Part shown: piece by piece, positions 32,646 through 43,023 of the stretch
Position numbering within the stretch: position 1 is the first letter of the stretch
Layout of the letters: every line of letters begins with the position of its first letter
Virus record (IMG/VR): IMGVR_UViG_3300045988_107529
Coordinates: 16,779-80,778 of that record
From: a virus
Length of the DNA stretch: 64,000 nt
Strand: one strand, 5' to 3'
Program-made: the position numbers and the translations under genes
The notes under the pieces: generated by a model
The model's database searches: none
Told to the model about the DNA's origin: nothing
The model's input: the letters and a program-made list of their open reading frames with translations, nothing else

Positions 32646-34844
32646 ATGGCAACAGCACTTGATTTACTTATGAGCACAAAAGAAGATGTTAATTTGCTTT
32701 CTGAAGAATCCGATATATGCACAATTGACGCTAAGACAAGGGCTATTTTCGTGCCCTCTACAATCGTAGTTGGTGGGGTACAATCTGACAAGAATGCAGA
32801 ACGTATTAAATTTTCATGTCCCAAAATTGTAGGAGATAATCTTGATTTATCCAAATTTTCAGTCAGAATTAACTTTGAAAACGTAAGCAGTGTGGATTTT
32901 AATGTTTCTATCAAAGACCAATACATTTGTGATGATGTAGCTGTAGATGGCGAAAATGTAACTTTTTCTTGGTTGATTGGAAGAAATGCAGCAAGGTATA
33001 TGGGAACGGTACGTTTTATTGTTTGTGCTGTTAAAACGGATTCCGATTCAAATATTAGTGTTGAATGGAATACCGCAATAGCGGAAGTACCAGTGCTAGA
33101 GGGTATCGAGATTGATCAACCACAGATAGGCGAGCAAGAAAAAGATATTATAAATCAGCTTTTGGAGCTTACTAAAAACACATCTGCGGAAGCTGTTCAA
33201 AATGTAAATTCCGCAAAAGAACAAGCTATTAAGGACATCCAGAGTGTATCACAGCCAGACACTACATTGACTATAGAAGGTGGGCTTGCAGAAGCAAAAG
33301 CAACGGGAGACGCTATTGGTTCGCTAAAGGAAGATTTAAGTGATTACTCAGTAGACGTTATAGGTGCAGAAAACAATATTATTCCTTATCCATATAAAAG
33401 TACAATAGTATCAGAATCTATTCTCATTCAATCAAGTGGTAGAAATATCACTGCGGTAGGAACAGCAACTAGAAAGTCTACTTTTACTATATTTGGCTCA
33501 TGGGGAAACACCACAGATATGTTTTGCGTTGCTGGAGAAACCTATATGGTATGCGGTATTGATATATTTACACGAATTGTATTCTTTAACGCATCAGGAA
33601 ACGAAGTTTTAACGGTAATAGGAAATGGTGAACCACAAATATTTACAGTTCCACAAAGTGCGGTTGGATGTAATATGTATTGGCAAGCTAATATCAATGT
33701 TAAAACAGAGTATGATGAATCAATAAGACCAAGAATATATAATATCAATGAAACAATTCTAAAAAAATTTGAAACTTTACACTCTACTATTACATCTGAA
33801 CAAAAAACAATAACTGACACTATCAACAGCTATGTGAAGAATAGAGTTGTCGGCAATATTGAACTTGGTACAGTAGCAAACATAGACACATCAAATAAAA
33901 CTATACAGTTTGGTGCGTTATCATATTTATGCGTTGGAAGTACAAGATATAATATTTCAAGCAAAACTTATGACCTAACAGGTTTGTTTGGTGCATTTTG
34001 TTTTTATGACCCATCAAATGATAAATTTGTTGGTTCTTTTTCAAGCGGTTTTGTTTATATGGGTGCTATGTGGACGGATGCTTATATCACAGATTGGCAC
34101 ATTCCAAAAGAAAAGCTTACCATTAACGGAATGCCATATTTGCTTGCAAATCATAAAGGGGAAAAAATAAACTGTATTGGAGATTCAATGACATTTGGAG
34201 TAAATGCATCGAAACCATATTATTCATGGTTTAAGCAGTTTTTTAATTTCGCAACTGTAAATGTATATGGAGTAAGTGGTTCAAGTATTGCACCTAAAGT
34301 AGACACATATCCAGAATGGGAACAAGGAATACAATCATTTTATGAAAGATATTCTGCTATGAATAATGATGCAGACTACATTACCATCTTCGGTGGAGTT
34401 AATGATTGGGTTACTGGTAGAGAATTAGGAACACTTACAGATAGAGTATCAACAACATTCTGTGGCGCATTCAGATTGATGATTGAGGGATTGATTGCAA
34501 AATACCCACATCAGAGGATTTTTGTATTTACAAGTCCTCAGAATGACTATATCAACAGACCAGCAAATATGAACGGAAGTAATCCATATTACGGCAATAC
34601 AGAAGGTAAAAACAGACTTGGATATACACAGAAACAGTATATGGACGCAATGATTTCTATATGCAAGGATTACGCAATTACTTGCTATGATATGTACAGT
34701 AATCTTATTTACGGATTAAGTGGTGTTCTTGGAGATAATCATGGAACAAGTGGCTTGTATGGCTCTGACGGACTTCACCCGAATAACGAACTTCATAAGA
34801 GAATTGCAAAGATTATGGCTGAAACTATTATTGCAAACAGTTAA
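32646..34844 (+). CDS. fibre/receptor-binding-type structural protein with C-terminal SGNH (GDSL) esterase domain
   Basis: The N-terminus is BppU-N-like (IDAKTRAIFVP...SDKNAERIKFSCPK...DLSKFSVRINF). The C-terminus has SGNH blocks: INCIGDSMTFG, GGVNDW, DGLHPN. Confidence 0.6.
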   Translation: MATALDLLMSTKEDVNLLSEESDICTIDAKTRAIFVPSTIVVGGVQSDKNAERIKFSCPKIVGDNLDLSKFSVRINFENVSSVDFNVSIKDQYICDDVAVDGENVTFSWLIGRNAARYMGTVRFIVCAVKTDSDSNISVEWNTAIAEVPVLEGIEIDQPQIGEQEKDIINQLLELTKNTSAEAVQNVNSAKEQAIKDIQSVSQPDTTLTIEGGLAEAKATGDAIGSLKEDLSDYSVDVIGAENNIIPYPYKSTIVSESILIQSSGRNITAVGTATRKSTFTIFGSWGNTTDMFCVAGETYMVCGIDIFTRIVFFNASGNEVLTVIGNGEPQIFTVPQSAVGCNMYWQANINVKTEYDESIRPRIYNINETILKKFETLHSTITSEQKTITDTINSYVKNRVVGNIELGTVANIDTSNKTIQFGALSYLCVGSTRYNISSKTYDLTGLFGAFCFYDPSNDKFVGSFSSGFVYMGAMWTDAYITDWHIPKEKLTINGMPYLLANHKGEKINCIGDSMTFGVNASKPYYSWFKQFFNFATVNVYGVSGSSIAPKVDTYPEWEQGIQSFYERYSAMNNDADYITIFGGVNDWVTGRELGTLTDRVSTTFCGAFRLMIEGLIAKYPHQRIFVFTSPQNDYINRPANMNGSNPYYGNTEGKNRLGYTQKQYMDAMISICKDYAITCYDMYSNLIYGLSGVLGDNHGTSGLYGSDGLHPNNELHKRIAKIMAETIIANS

Positions 34845-34892
34845 CTAAAGAGGGCTTTAGTTAAGCAACCAAATTTAAGAAAGAGAGGAAAT

Positions 34893-35285
34893 ATGAGAGG
34901 ATTAGTCCGTCAAAAGCAAAAAGTATATTGGTCACGAATAACAGAAAAAACAGAAGGATTAGACCGTATTAAAGTTTATGAGAAACCAGTTCTGTTCTCT
35001 TTTTCTGTATCATCTACAGCCGGAACGCCAGAAGAAATCGCAGCCGGAATAGTGCCAGATTATGATAGGTACATTACAAGCTTTAATCGAAATTTTCATC
35101 CACAGGAAGCGGACATATTTTGGGTAGACAGAATCCCACAAATAAGCGAGGATGGAAGCCTTATTTTGGACGAAAATGGAGAACCCACAGTATTGCCAGA
35201 CTACACACTAAAGAAGATTTTAGACACACAAAAAGGCAATATTGCCACATACGGAATTTCTAAAAGAGGAAACGAAGATGGGTAA
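34893..35285 (+). CDS. putative head-tail joining protein
   Basis: 130 aa. Called by position upstream of the tail genes only. Confidence 0.35.
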   Translation: MRGLVRQKQKVYWSRITEKTEGLDRIKVYEKPVLFSFSVSSTAGTPEEIAAGIVPDYDRYITSFNRNFHPQEADIFWVDRIPQISEDGSLILDENGEPTVLPDYTLKKILDTQKGNIATYGISKRGNEDG

Positions 35286-35796
35286 GACAATAAAATGCGA
35301 CTTATCCACGAAATCTATTCAAAATGCCATCAACAAATTAAAAGTTTACCAAAATGAGCTACAGAGGAAAAATGAGATTTTTGTAAAACGATTGGCTGAA
35401 ATCGGGTTGGATGTTATTCAAACGACCATGGAGTCAATCCCGGATGAAGAAAAAGGTTCTTACTATACAGAAATCATCAACGATCAAAACGGAAATATCG
35501 TCGGGGCTTCTGTTAGACTATCTGGTGAAAAAGTGTTGTTCATTGAATTTTCAGCAGGAATAACATACGGTACAAATGATTATCCTTTATCTAGTGGAAA
35601 TTCTTACGGAATGGGAACATATCCTTCCAAAAAAGAAAAATCAGACTGGGACAATCCAAACGGATGGTGGTACACAGATGAAAGTGGACGTCCGCACCAT
35701 TCATATGGAAATAGAGCGTATATGCCTATGTATCACGCAGAACAAGCCATTATTATTGCCGTTCGTAAAATTGCCAAAGAGGTGTTCTCTTCTTAA
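35278..35796 (+). CDS. putative neck/head-tail protein
   Basis: Start at MGKTIKCDLS, overlapping the upstream stop. Called by position only. Confidence 0.35.
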   Translation: MGKTIKCDLSTKSIQNAINKLKVYQNELQRKNEIFVKRLAEIGLDVIQTTMESIPDEEKGSYYTEIINDQNGNIVGASVRLSGEKVLFIEFSAGITYGTNDYPLSSGNSYGMGTYPSKKEKSDWDNPNGWWYTDESGRPHHSYGNRAYMPMYHAEQAIIIAVRKIAKEVFSS

Positions 35797-35800
35797 AGAA

Positions 35801-35825
35801 GATACCATAATATACTGAATGATAC
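35801..35825 (+). promoter_or_regulatory. conserved 25-nt box, copy B
   Basis: GATACCATAATATACTGAATGATAC, then TGTTATCAT (extended -10, 35836-35844), then a terminator. Confidence 0.6.
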
Positions 35826-35872
35826 TAAACAATTATGTTATCATTACAGTGTTAAATTGTAGCATAACATGC

Positions 35873-35907
35873 AATGCGTTCACTATAAAGGTGAGTGCAT
35901 TTTTTTA
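35873..35907 (+). terminator. intrinsic terminator after box B
   Basis: AATGCGTTCAC-tataaag-GTGAGTGCATT followed by TTTTTT. Confidence 0.7.
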
Positions 35908-35923
35908 TTGTGAGGTGACAGAT

Positions 35924-36328
35924 ATGCCAGACACAATAGAATCTCCTGTATTAGAAGTTTTTTCAAGATGGGGAGCGGCTGTTTCTAAGATTACTGGCGC
36001 AGACAATTATTCCATGGATGGCAGTGAAACAAATGCTTCCGGTAAAAAAGCATATGCACAGCTTTATATGCTCGGGAATCCAATTACAAGAGGTGACCTT
36101 GAAGGGGATGAATGCGCAACAATGCCATCATTTCAAGTAAATTGCTTCACCTCTGGGAGCAAAGCACTAACCAGAGTGTATGAATTAGATAAGATAAGTC
36201 ACAAAGCTATGGTGAGCATGGGGTTCCATCGCACATACGGACCGGAGCCTATGTTTTTTGGTGACAGTGGAATCAAAAAGCTTGTGAGCCGATACAGCCG
36301 AATATATACAGGAACTTTATTAGATTAG
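35924..36328 (+). CDS. putative tail completion / tail terminator-position protein
   Basis: Start at MPDTIESPV behind GAGGTG. The track start at 35819 runs through box B and its terminator. Confidence 0.4.
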   Translation: MPDTIESPVLEVFSRWGAAVSKITGADNYSMDGSETNASGKKAYAQLYMLGNPITRGDLEGDECATMPSFQVNCFTSGSKALTRVYELDKISHKAMVSMGFHRTYGPEPMFFGDSGIKKLVSRYSRIYTGTLLD

Positions 36329-36380
36329 GAGCAGAAATGCTTCTATTTTTTTATCCAAAAATATGAAAGGAGAATGCCGA

Positions 36381-36593
36381 ATGAAAGCAGATAAATTACT
36401 TTGGCTGAAAGCAGCAGGAATTAGAGCTGTAAAAACAGTCGCACAAACAGCAATAGCAACCATCGGAACCGCAACTGTAATTGGCAGTGTTGACTGGAAA
36501 ATGGTTTTATCCGCGTCTTTACTTTCCGGCTTTTTATCACTGCTTACATCTGTAGCAGGATTACCAGAACTGAAAACAGACAAAGAAGAGTAG
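36381..36593 (+). CDS. LL-H/phiLC3-type holin-like small membrane protein
   Basis: MKADKLLWLKAAGIRAVKTVAQTAIATIGTATVIGSVDWKMVLSASLLSGFLSLLTSVAGLPE follows the pattern recalled for LL-H family holins. Confidence 0.5.
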   Translation: MKADKLLWLKAAGIRAVKTVAQTAIATIGTATVIGSVDWKMVLSASLLSGFLSLLTSVAGLPELKTDKEE

Positions 36594-36668
36594 AAAGGCG
36601 GTGATCCGCTATCTCCCGGCACAGGGTTACGTGCATAAAACTTGAATTAAAGAAAGGAGCCTATCAAA

Positions 36669-37199
36669 ATGGCAGATTTAACAACACTTGGCGTAACTTT
36701 TCATTACGGTGTTGAAACCGCTAAAGGAACAAAGCCAACTGCATTTACCTGGTTAAAAAGATGTAGTTCCATTGGTGGAATTTCCCTTGACACAGAGCAG
36801 ATTGACGTATCAGCTCTTGAAGACTTCATTGCACAGTATGCGTCCGGTAGACAGGATACTGGTGGTACTTGGGATGTAACCTTCAATCTTAACGCTGATG
36901 TTATCACAGCATTAAAGAAGCTTATGACTGATGCGGCAACAGGAAAGCCAAAAGGATTTAGAGTTTGGTTTGAAGTTGTATTTCCAGACCTCGCTGATGC
37001 ATTTTTTGTTATCGCAGACCCTGGAAAAAATATTCCATTGTCTGATATTGGACAGAATGAAGCAGCAACAATTCCGCTGTCTCTCATTATTCAGGAATAT
37101 AAAGGTCTTGATACAAAAGTTGTTTCCGAAGAGCTTACACAGGCTTTAGACACCGCAAAAGCAGTAGCAGATTCCACAGGCGCAATGGCACTTAGCTAA
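36669..37199 (+). CDS. major tail protein
   Basis: 176 aa with a strong RBS, immediately upstream of the chaperone pair and the tape measure. Confidence 0.65.
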   Translation: MADLTTLGVTFHYGVETAKGTKPTAFTWLKRCSSIGGISLDTEQIDVSALEDFIAQYASGRQDTGGTWDVTFNLNADVITALKKLMTDAATGKPKGFRVWFEVVFPDLADAFFVIADPGKNIPLSDIGQNEAATIPLSLIIQEYKGLDTKVVSEELTQALDTAKAVADSTGAMALS

Positions 37200-37224
37200 C
37201 AAAATATATCGGGAGGATTATAAA

Positions 37225-37653
37225 ATGGTAACTTTCAATGTACATGGAAAAGAGTATAAGGTTGTATTTGGATATGGACTTCTTACAAAAACAGATGTGC
37301 TGGACAAGGTACAGGGGATTACAGATGGAAAAGAGAGAAGCCTTCAGAAGATGATTTCTCTTCTCCCGGAACTGCTTCTTGCCGGACTTCAAAAGAAACA
37401 CAAGGAAGAGTTTGGGTATGAAAGTGATTCTGAAAAAGAAGCTGTTCTTAATAAAGTCTGTGACCTTTTGGATGATTACGAAGATGAAGGGACTGAGGAA
37501 AATCCGAAAAGCGGATTTGATTTATACCAACTTCTCGACAAAGAATTGGAGAAAAATGGTTTTTTATCCGGTCTGCTGAATGCAGTAGCAGAAGCACAGG
37601 CAGTGGAGAAGAATGCAACGAAGCTTCCACAGGATCACAAAAAGAAAAATTAA
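37225..37653 (+). CDS. tail assembly chaperone (gpG-like)
   Basis: 142 aa, acidic, between the major tail and tape measure genes. Confidence 0.65.
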   Translation: MVTFNVHGKEYKVVFGYGLLTKTDVLDKVQGITDGKERSLQKMISLLPELLLAGLQKKHKEEFGYESDSEKEAVLNKVCDLLDDYEDEGTEENPKSGFDLYQLLDKELEKNGFLSGLLNAVAEAQAVEKNATKLPQDHKKKN

Positions 37654-38048
37654 CTTTTCGAGAAGTTGTTTACCAAGAGATTCTTCCTTTATACCTCTCT
37701 ATCGGTGTATCTAAAGAAGAATTTATGGATTCTACTCCGGCTGAGTTAAAACCTTATCTCGAAGCTGAAAAGATACGGCAAAAGAGAAAAGACACTGAGC
37801 TTTGGCAAGCGGGCATTTATGAAACATCAGCCACATTCACAGCTGTTGCAAATGCTTTAATTGGAAAAAAATCCAAGGCAGAGTATTTGAAGAAACCTTT
37901 GCTCGAATCAGCAGAGGAAGAAAAGCGTAAACAGGAAGGTATATTTTCCGAAGAAGAAAAGAAAAAACAGAGAAACGCACTTTTGGCAAGCTTGCAACTC
38001 ATGCAGGCGAACTTTGAACTTAACCATGAAAAGGGCAGGCAGGATTAA
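37225..38048 (+). CDS. tail assembly chaperone G-T fusion via -1 frameshift near 37638-37644
   Basis: CAC AAA AAG AAA AAT TAA at the end of G. The -1 frame is open from well upstream through 38048. Confidence 0.55.
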
Positions 38049-38074
38049 CACTCTTGTCTGCCCTTTATTTTTTT
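38031..38074 (+). terminator. intrinsic terminator between chaperone and tape measure genes
   Basis: AAGGGCAG...CTGCCCTT followed by TATTTTTTT. Confidence 0.55.
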
Positions 38075-38097
38075 GTAAAAAAGGAGGGACAAATAAA

Positions 38098-41000
38098 ATG
38101 GCTGACAATACCATTGATACCCTTGATATACAAATTAGCAGTAGTACAGAAAAAGCAGTACGCGCGCTGACTAATCTTTCAAACAAACTCACAGAAGTTA
38201 ATTCCGCATTAAGCGGAGTTAATACAAATGGGCTACGTAGTTGTGTAAGGGAACTTGGAAAACTAAAAGAACTTGATATAGGGAAAATGACAAGCATTGC
38301 TGATGGAATTGGAAAATTCTCAAATTCCATAAAGACAATGGGTGAAGTAGATTATAAAGGTTCTGGACTGAATGCAGTTATCAACTCAATCAACAGACTT
38401 AGCCAGGTTGATGCTAGTGGATTTGATTCTGGAAAACTTGGAGAAATAATCCATCAATTAAGCAATTTGACAGAGATTCCAGATGTATCTACCAGTGTTA
38501 ATCGTTTTGTCAATTCAATGGCTAGATTAGCCAATTCCGGTGAATATATTGCAAATGTATCCGCTGAATTACCTGGGCTTGGAAGAAATCTTAAATCAAT
38601 CGTAGAGAGCTTTACGAGCGTTGGCGATATATCTGAACCTGTAAATAGGTTAGTTCAGTCTATTGCACAATTGGCAAGTTCTGGAAATAGAATCGGACAA
38701 ACGTCAAGCCAGCTTGGAACACTAGCAAAGGAAGTATTGTCTTTCTTCGATGTAATGAAAACTGCACCTAAAATCAGTGAGAACACCATCCGCATGACGG
38801 AAGCACTGGCAAAGTTGGCTAATGCAGGGGGAAAGGTAAATTCCGCTACAAATTCTATATCCAGTGCGTTTTCTAAATTATCATCTGCAACATCTAGCCT
38901 TGGTAATATTGTTAGTAAAACTTCTTCTATAATTGGAACCGGGGTAAAAGGCATTATTGGATGGTTTCAACGCCTTGGAAATGGTAGCTCTGGAATTAAA
39001 ACTGCTTCTTTTAATCTCGGAAATTTGCTTAAAACTGCTATCGGTTTTAAGGCTATTCGTGGTCTGGCAAATTTAGGAAAAAGTGCAATTGGTTTTGGCT
39101 CTGCTATTACAGAAATCGAAAATGTTGTAGATGTTTCCTTTGGAAGCATGGCAGATGAAGCCTACAAATTTGCTTCTACGGCTAAAGAACAATTTGGATT
39201 ATCCGAATTGGCAGCAAAGCAATATTCTGGAACCATGATGGCAATGATGAAATCATCTGGTGTTGCGCAAGATGCAGCTTCTAAAATGTCAATTTCTCTT
39301 GCTGGATTAGCCGGGGATATTGCATCATTTTACAACATTGATACCGATACTGCTTTTCAGAAAATACGCGCTGGAATTTCCGGGGAAATTGAGCCTTTAA
39401 GACAATTGGGTATTAATTTATCCGTTGCAAACATGGAAGCTTACGCCCTTTCAAGGGGAATTACAACATCTTATAATGCAATGTCCCAAGCTGAAAAAGT
39501 TGCTCTTCGATACAACTATTTAATGTCAGTTACAGGAGATGTGCAAGGGGATTTCGCCAGGACAAGCGGCACCTGGGCGAACCAGGTTCGTTTACTCACT
39601 CTGAACTTCCAGTCACTTTCCGCAGTAATCGGGCAAGGTTTGATTGCTGGCATTCTTCCTGCTATTCAAGCTCTCAATGCGCTTATGTCAAAACTTATGC
39701 AAGCTGCGAATGTGTTCCGTAACTTCATGTATGTATTGATGGGAAAGAAGCTGAAAGGATCACAGGGTGGAGTTAGCGATATTGTATCTAACTTAGGGGG
39801 TATAGAAACAGCCGGTGATGATGCTTCTTCCGGGCTTGATGACGCTACATCATCTGCAAAGAAGCTGAAAAAGGCACTTTCTGTATTACCATTCGACCAA
39901 TTAAATCAGCTTGCTGATAACTCAAACGATTCCGGGACTGCATCTAAAAGCCTTGGTTCTGGACTTGGCGATTTGGCTGATAGCTTTGCAGGAATACAAG
40001 ATTCCTTGGACGAAGTTTTGACTGTCGATGAAACACCTATTAACAAATGGGCTTCCAAAATTAGAAAAGCATTCCTGGCGAAAGACTGGGAGGGTGTAGG
40101 AACTACTATTGCCGATATGCTTAATCTCGGAATGAGCAAGGTGTATGAGGTTATTAACTGGAAAAATGTTGCCCCGAAAATAACTGAGTTTACAGACGCA
40201 TTTACAAGAGCATTCAATTCATTAAATACCAGACTTGATTTTGACTTGCTTGGAAGAACTATCGGGACGGGAATCAACACAGCTGTAAATACTCTTAATC
40301 AGCTTATTGGTGATGGCGGTATTGATTTTGGATTAATCGGCAGAAATATTGGTGATGGGTTAATCGGCGCACTGGATGAAATCAACTGGACTAATCTGGG
40401 TGAATTGCTTGGAAATAAGTTTATGATTTCCTGGAAAATGCTATCTGGATTTGTAAAACGTATGTCAGAAGAGGACGGTGCTGGTGTAACTGGTTGGGAT
40501 AAGCTTGGTAGTTCACTTGGAAAAGCTTTAAATGGCGCTGTGTCCAAAATTTCCATGAAGGATATTGCAGATTCTTTATCTGGAATTTTAAATGGAGCGT
40601 TTAGAAGCTTGGCTGCGTTTACCAAAACTGTAAACTGGGATGAACTTACTAATAATATCACAGAGGGAATTTCTACTTTCTTGAAAAAAACAAACTGGAA
40701 AGAAAATGGACAAGCACTTGGAGATTTCATATCTCACCTGTGTACGGCGTTGAAAAATACGCTTACAAAAGACACTTTCTATGAATTTGGACAAGGAGTT
40801 GGAACATTCCTTGGTGAATTACCATGGGGTGAAATCCTTAGTACCGCAGCTGATCTGCTATTAACTGGTCTTACCAGTGCATTAAACGGATTATTCGATG
40901 GATTAGAGGAAAAGCACCCGATAGCCGGACATATTGCAGAATGGCTTACAAAAGCATTTATTGCAGTAAAAATAGCAAATATTACAGGTATTGGAACTCT

Positions 41001-42762
41001 TGTTGGTTCACTTGTGGGACATATTGCAGGAAAAATAGCTGAAAAGAAAAATGCAGAACTAATTGCAGATAAACTTGCAACTGTTTTAGGAGATGGAACA
41101 AGTGGAGCAAAAGAAGCAATAAAAGATTTAGGGGATGAAGCAGAAGCAGCAGGAAATGGCGGGTTTACTACACTTGCAGAAAAGATAAAAAATCTCGGTG
41201 ATGTCGCACAAACAGCTGGTGGACAATTCCAAGGATTTTGGGGATACGCAACCAATTTGGGTGCGACTGCATTTGTCGTGGAAGGTCTTGGACAGGTAAA
41301 AAAAGCTATGGACTTTAAAGATTCCACAGCTGACGCATTCAACGATTTTGAAGTTGTTAGAAAAGCATTGAAAATCATCGAAGACCAAACTGGAATCTCT
41401 GGTGATAAACTTATCGGACTTGGCGGTGATTTAAAAAATGTGAAAGACAATGCATTTGATTTTGATGGACAGCTCCAAACTGTAGAAACATCACTTGAAA
41501 ATCTCGGAATTTCTTCTGATACATTTAAGCAAGCATTAAAACAAGCAATGGAGGAATCTGATACCTCTACAAATTCTCATGTAAGCAATATTAATGAATA
41601 TATCGGTACGATGGGGACAGAATTTGATAATGCGAAATCTGCACTGGAAAGACTTTCAGATCAAGCAGTAATCACTCCAACGCAGTTTGATGAATTAAGT
41701 ACTGTCCTTCAACAGCAAGAATCATCTGGTGCAACAGCTAGAGCTGCATTCCAAGCATTGATGGATAAAATGGCAGAGATGGGAATTGACACAAGAAAAG
41801 TTATAAAAGCTTTTTCAGAAGATGTTCCGAAAGCTTCATCAACAATGAGCAAATCAGTTGCAACAGCATCCGAATCCGTATCATCCAAGACAAAAACTGG
41901 CTTTGGTCTCGCCAATACCGCCGTAAGTACGGCAATGGCTGGGATGAAAAAAAGCACAGAAAGCACAATGCCTTCTATTTGGTCGAAGATAAAGAACACG
42001 AATGATGATGTTGAAACCAACTCTAAAACCAACTGGGAAAATTCTGCAAGTGCTGTATCGACAGCCCTCGGAACCATGGACACCGATACAAAAGATGTAA
42101 TGGGTAAAGTTATGACAACCATCCAAAGTTATTGGTCTTCCGTTCTTATCAATACAAACCAGATTTGGGAAAAGGCTTCTGGAAAAGTTGACACGGAAAC
42201 TGGAAAAATGAAAACCTACACAGAATCTAATTTGTCGGGGATTTCGGATAAAATTAAAAGACTATTTAATGTTAATCTTACATCAATTGGTCGGGAAACG
42301 GCTCAATCATTTGCCGATGGCATGAAACAAGTGCACTTGCCAACTCTGACTTATTATATTTCAGAGTGGAGAAAACATGATCTTGGTGGTGGAAGAACCA
42401 GTTCTACACCAGTTTACAAGCCTAATTGGTACGCCAAAGGTGGTCTTTTCAACGGCGCACAGGTAATCGGTATCGGTGAAGCCGGTTCCGAAGCCGTTCT
42501 TCCTCTGGAAAATCCACGAACCATGAAGAAGATCGCAGACAGCATTGTTTCTAGTTCGGACGGAAGCATGGGACTTACAAAAGAAGAAATGGCAAAAGCA
42601 GTAGCACAGGGCGTTGCAATGGCAATGAGTATGAACAGCGGAAATAACAATCCGCAGTACATTATGAATAGCATTATTCTGGACGGAAGCGAGATTGCAA
42701 AAGCAGTAACAAAAGCCCAAAATGATACAGATAGCCGTTTCAAACCGTCCCCGGCATATTGA
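38098..42762 (+). CDS. tape measure protein
   Basis: 1554 aa from MADNTIDTLDIQ, behind AAAGGAGGG. It is long, helical and Ala/Ser/Gly-rich, with the typical position. Confidence 0.85.
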   Translation: MADNTIDTLDIQISSSTEKAVRALTNLSNKLTEVNSALSGVNTNGLRSCVRELGKLKELDIGKMTSIADGIGKFSNSIKTMGEVDYKGSGLNAVINSINRLSQVDASGFDSGKLGEIIHQLSNLTEIPDVSTSVNRFVNSMARLANSGEYIANVSAELPGLGRNLKSIVESFTSVGDISEPVNRLVQSIAQLASSGNRIGQTSSQLGTLAKEVLSFFDVMKTAPKISENTIRMTEALAKLANAGGKVNSATNSISSAFSKLSSATSSLGNIVSKTSSIIGTGVKGIIGWFQRLGNGSSGIKTASFNLGNLLKTAIGFKAIRGLANLGKSAIGFGSAITEIENVVDVSFGSMADEAYKFASTAKEQFGLSELAAKQYSGTMMAMMKSSGVAQDAASKMSISLAGLAGDIASFYNIDTDTAFQKIRAGISGEIEPLRQLGINLSVANMEAYALSRGITTSYNAMSQAEKVALRYNYLMSVTGDVQGDFARTSGTWANQVRLLTLNFQSLSAVIGQGLIAGILPAIQALNALMSKLMQAANVFRNFMYVLMGKKLKGSQGGVSDIVSNLGGIETAGDDASSGLDDATSSAKKLKKALSVLPFDQLNQLADNSNDSGTASKSLGSGLGDLADSFAGIQDSLDEVLTVDETPINKWASKIRKAFLAKDWEGVGTTIADMLNLGMSKVYEVINWKNVAPKITEFTDAFTRAFNSLNTRLDFDLLGRTIGTGINTAVNTLNQLIGDGGIDFGLIGRNIGDGLIGALDEINWTNLGELLGNKFMISWKMLSGFVKRMSEEDGAGVTGWDKLGSSLGKALNGAVSKISMKDIADSLSGILNGAFRSLAAFTKTVNWDELTNNITEGISTFLKKTNWKENGQALGDFISHLCTALKNTLTKDTFYEFGQGVGTFLGELPWGEILSTAADLLLTGLTSALNGLFDGLEEKHPIAGHIAEWLTKAFIAVKIANITGIGTLVGSLVGHIAGKIAEKKNAELIADKLATVLGDGTSGAKEAIKDLGDEAEAAGNGGFTTLAEKIKNLGDVAQTAGGQFQGFWGYATNLGATAFVVEGLGQVKKAMDFKDSTADAFNDFEVVRKALKIIEDQTGISGDKLIGLGGDLKNVKDNAFDFDGQLQTVETSLENLGISSDTFKQALKQAMEESDTSTNSHVSNINEYIGTMGTEFDNAKSALERLSDQAVITPTQFDELSTVLQQQESSGATARAAFQALMDKMAEMGIDTRKVIKAFSEDVPKASSTMSKSVATASESVSSKTKTGFGLANTAVSTAMAGMKKSTESTMPSIWSKIKNTNDDVETNSKTNWENSASAVSTALGTMDTDTKDVMGKVMTTIQSYWSSVLINTNQIWEKASGKVDTETGKMKTYTESNLSGISDKIKRLFNVNLTSIGRETAQSFADGMKQVHLPTLTYYISEWRKHDLGGGRTSSTPVYKPNWYAKGGLFNGAQVIGIGEAGSEAVLPLENPRTMKKIADSIVSSSDGSMGLTKEEMAKAVAQGVAMAMSMNSGNNNPQYIMNSIILDGSEIAKAVTKAQNDTDSRFKPSPAY

Positions 42763-43023
42763 TTTTTGACTGATTGTGTGGTATGATTTCTTTAATGAAG
42801 AAGTACACACGGTTTTGATTTTTGAGCCGCTAAGAAGAAATTAATATTTCTCGATTTTGAGGAATTTTTATCTTACTTGGCGGCTCTTTTTTATTTTAAC
42901 CGTTAATTTTGGTAAAACCAACAGGCTAGACCGATCATCGAAAAGCGGAAATGCCTTGCCGCCTGCCTGTTGATTTACATACAGTTCAAGGCACTCTTTT
43001 ATACGAAAGGCAGGTATCAATCT

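Noticed and set aside
38655-42810. Numerous minus-strand ORFs (for example 40779..41450, 40299..40730, 41709..42122, 42361..42810) inside the tape measure gene.
   Set aside because: They are antisense shadows of a long, compositionally biased plus-strand gene. Their products are low-complexity S/P/F-rich sequences, they lack RBSs, and they fully overlap a confident CDS.
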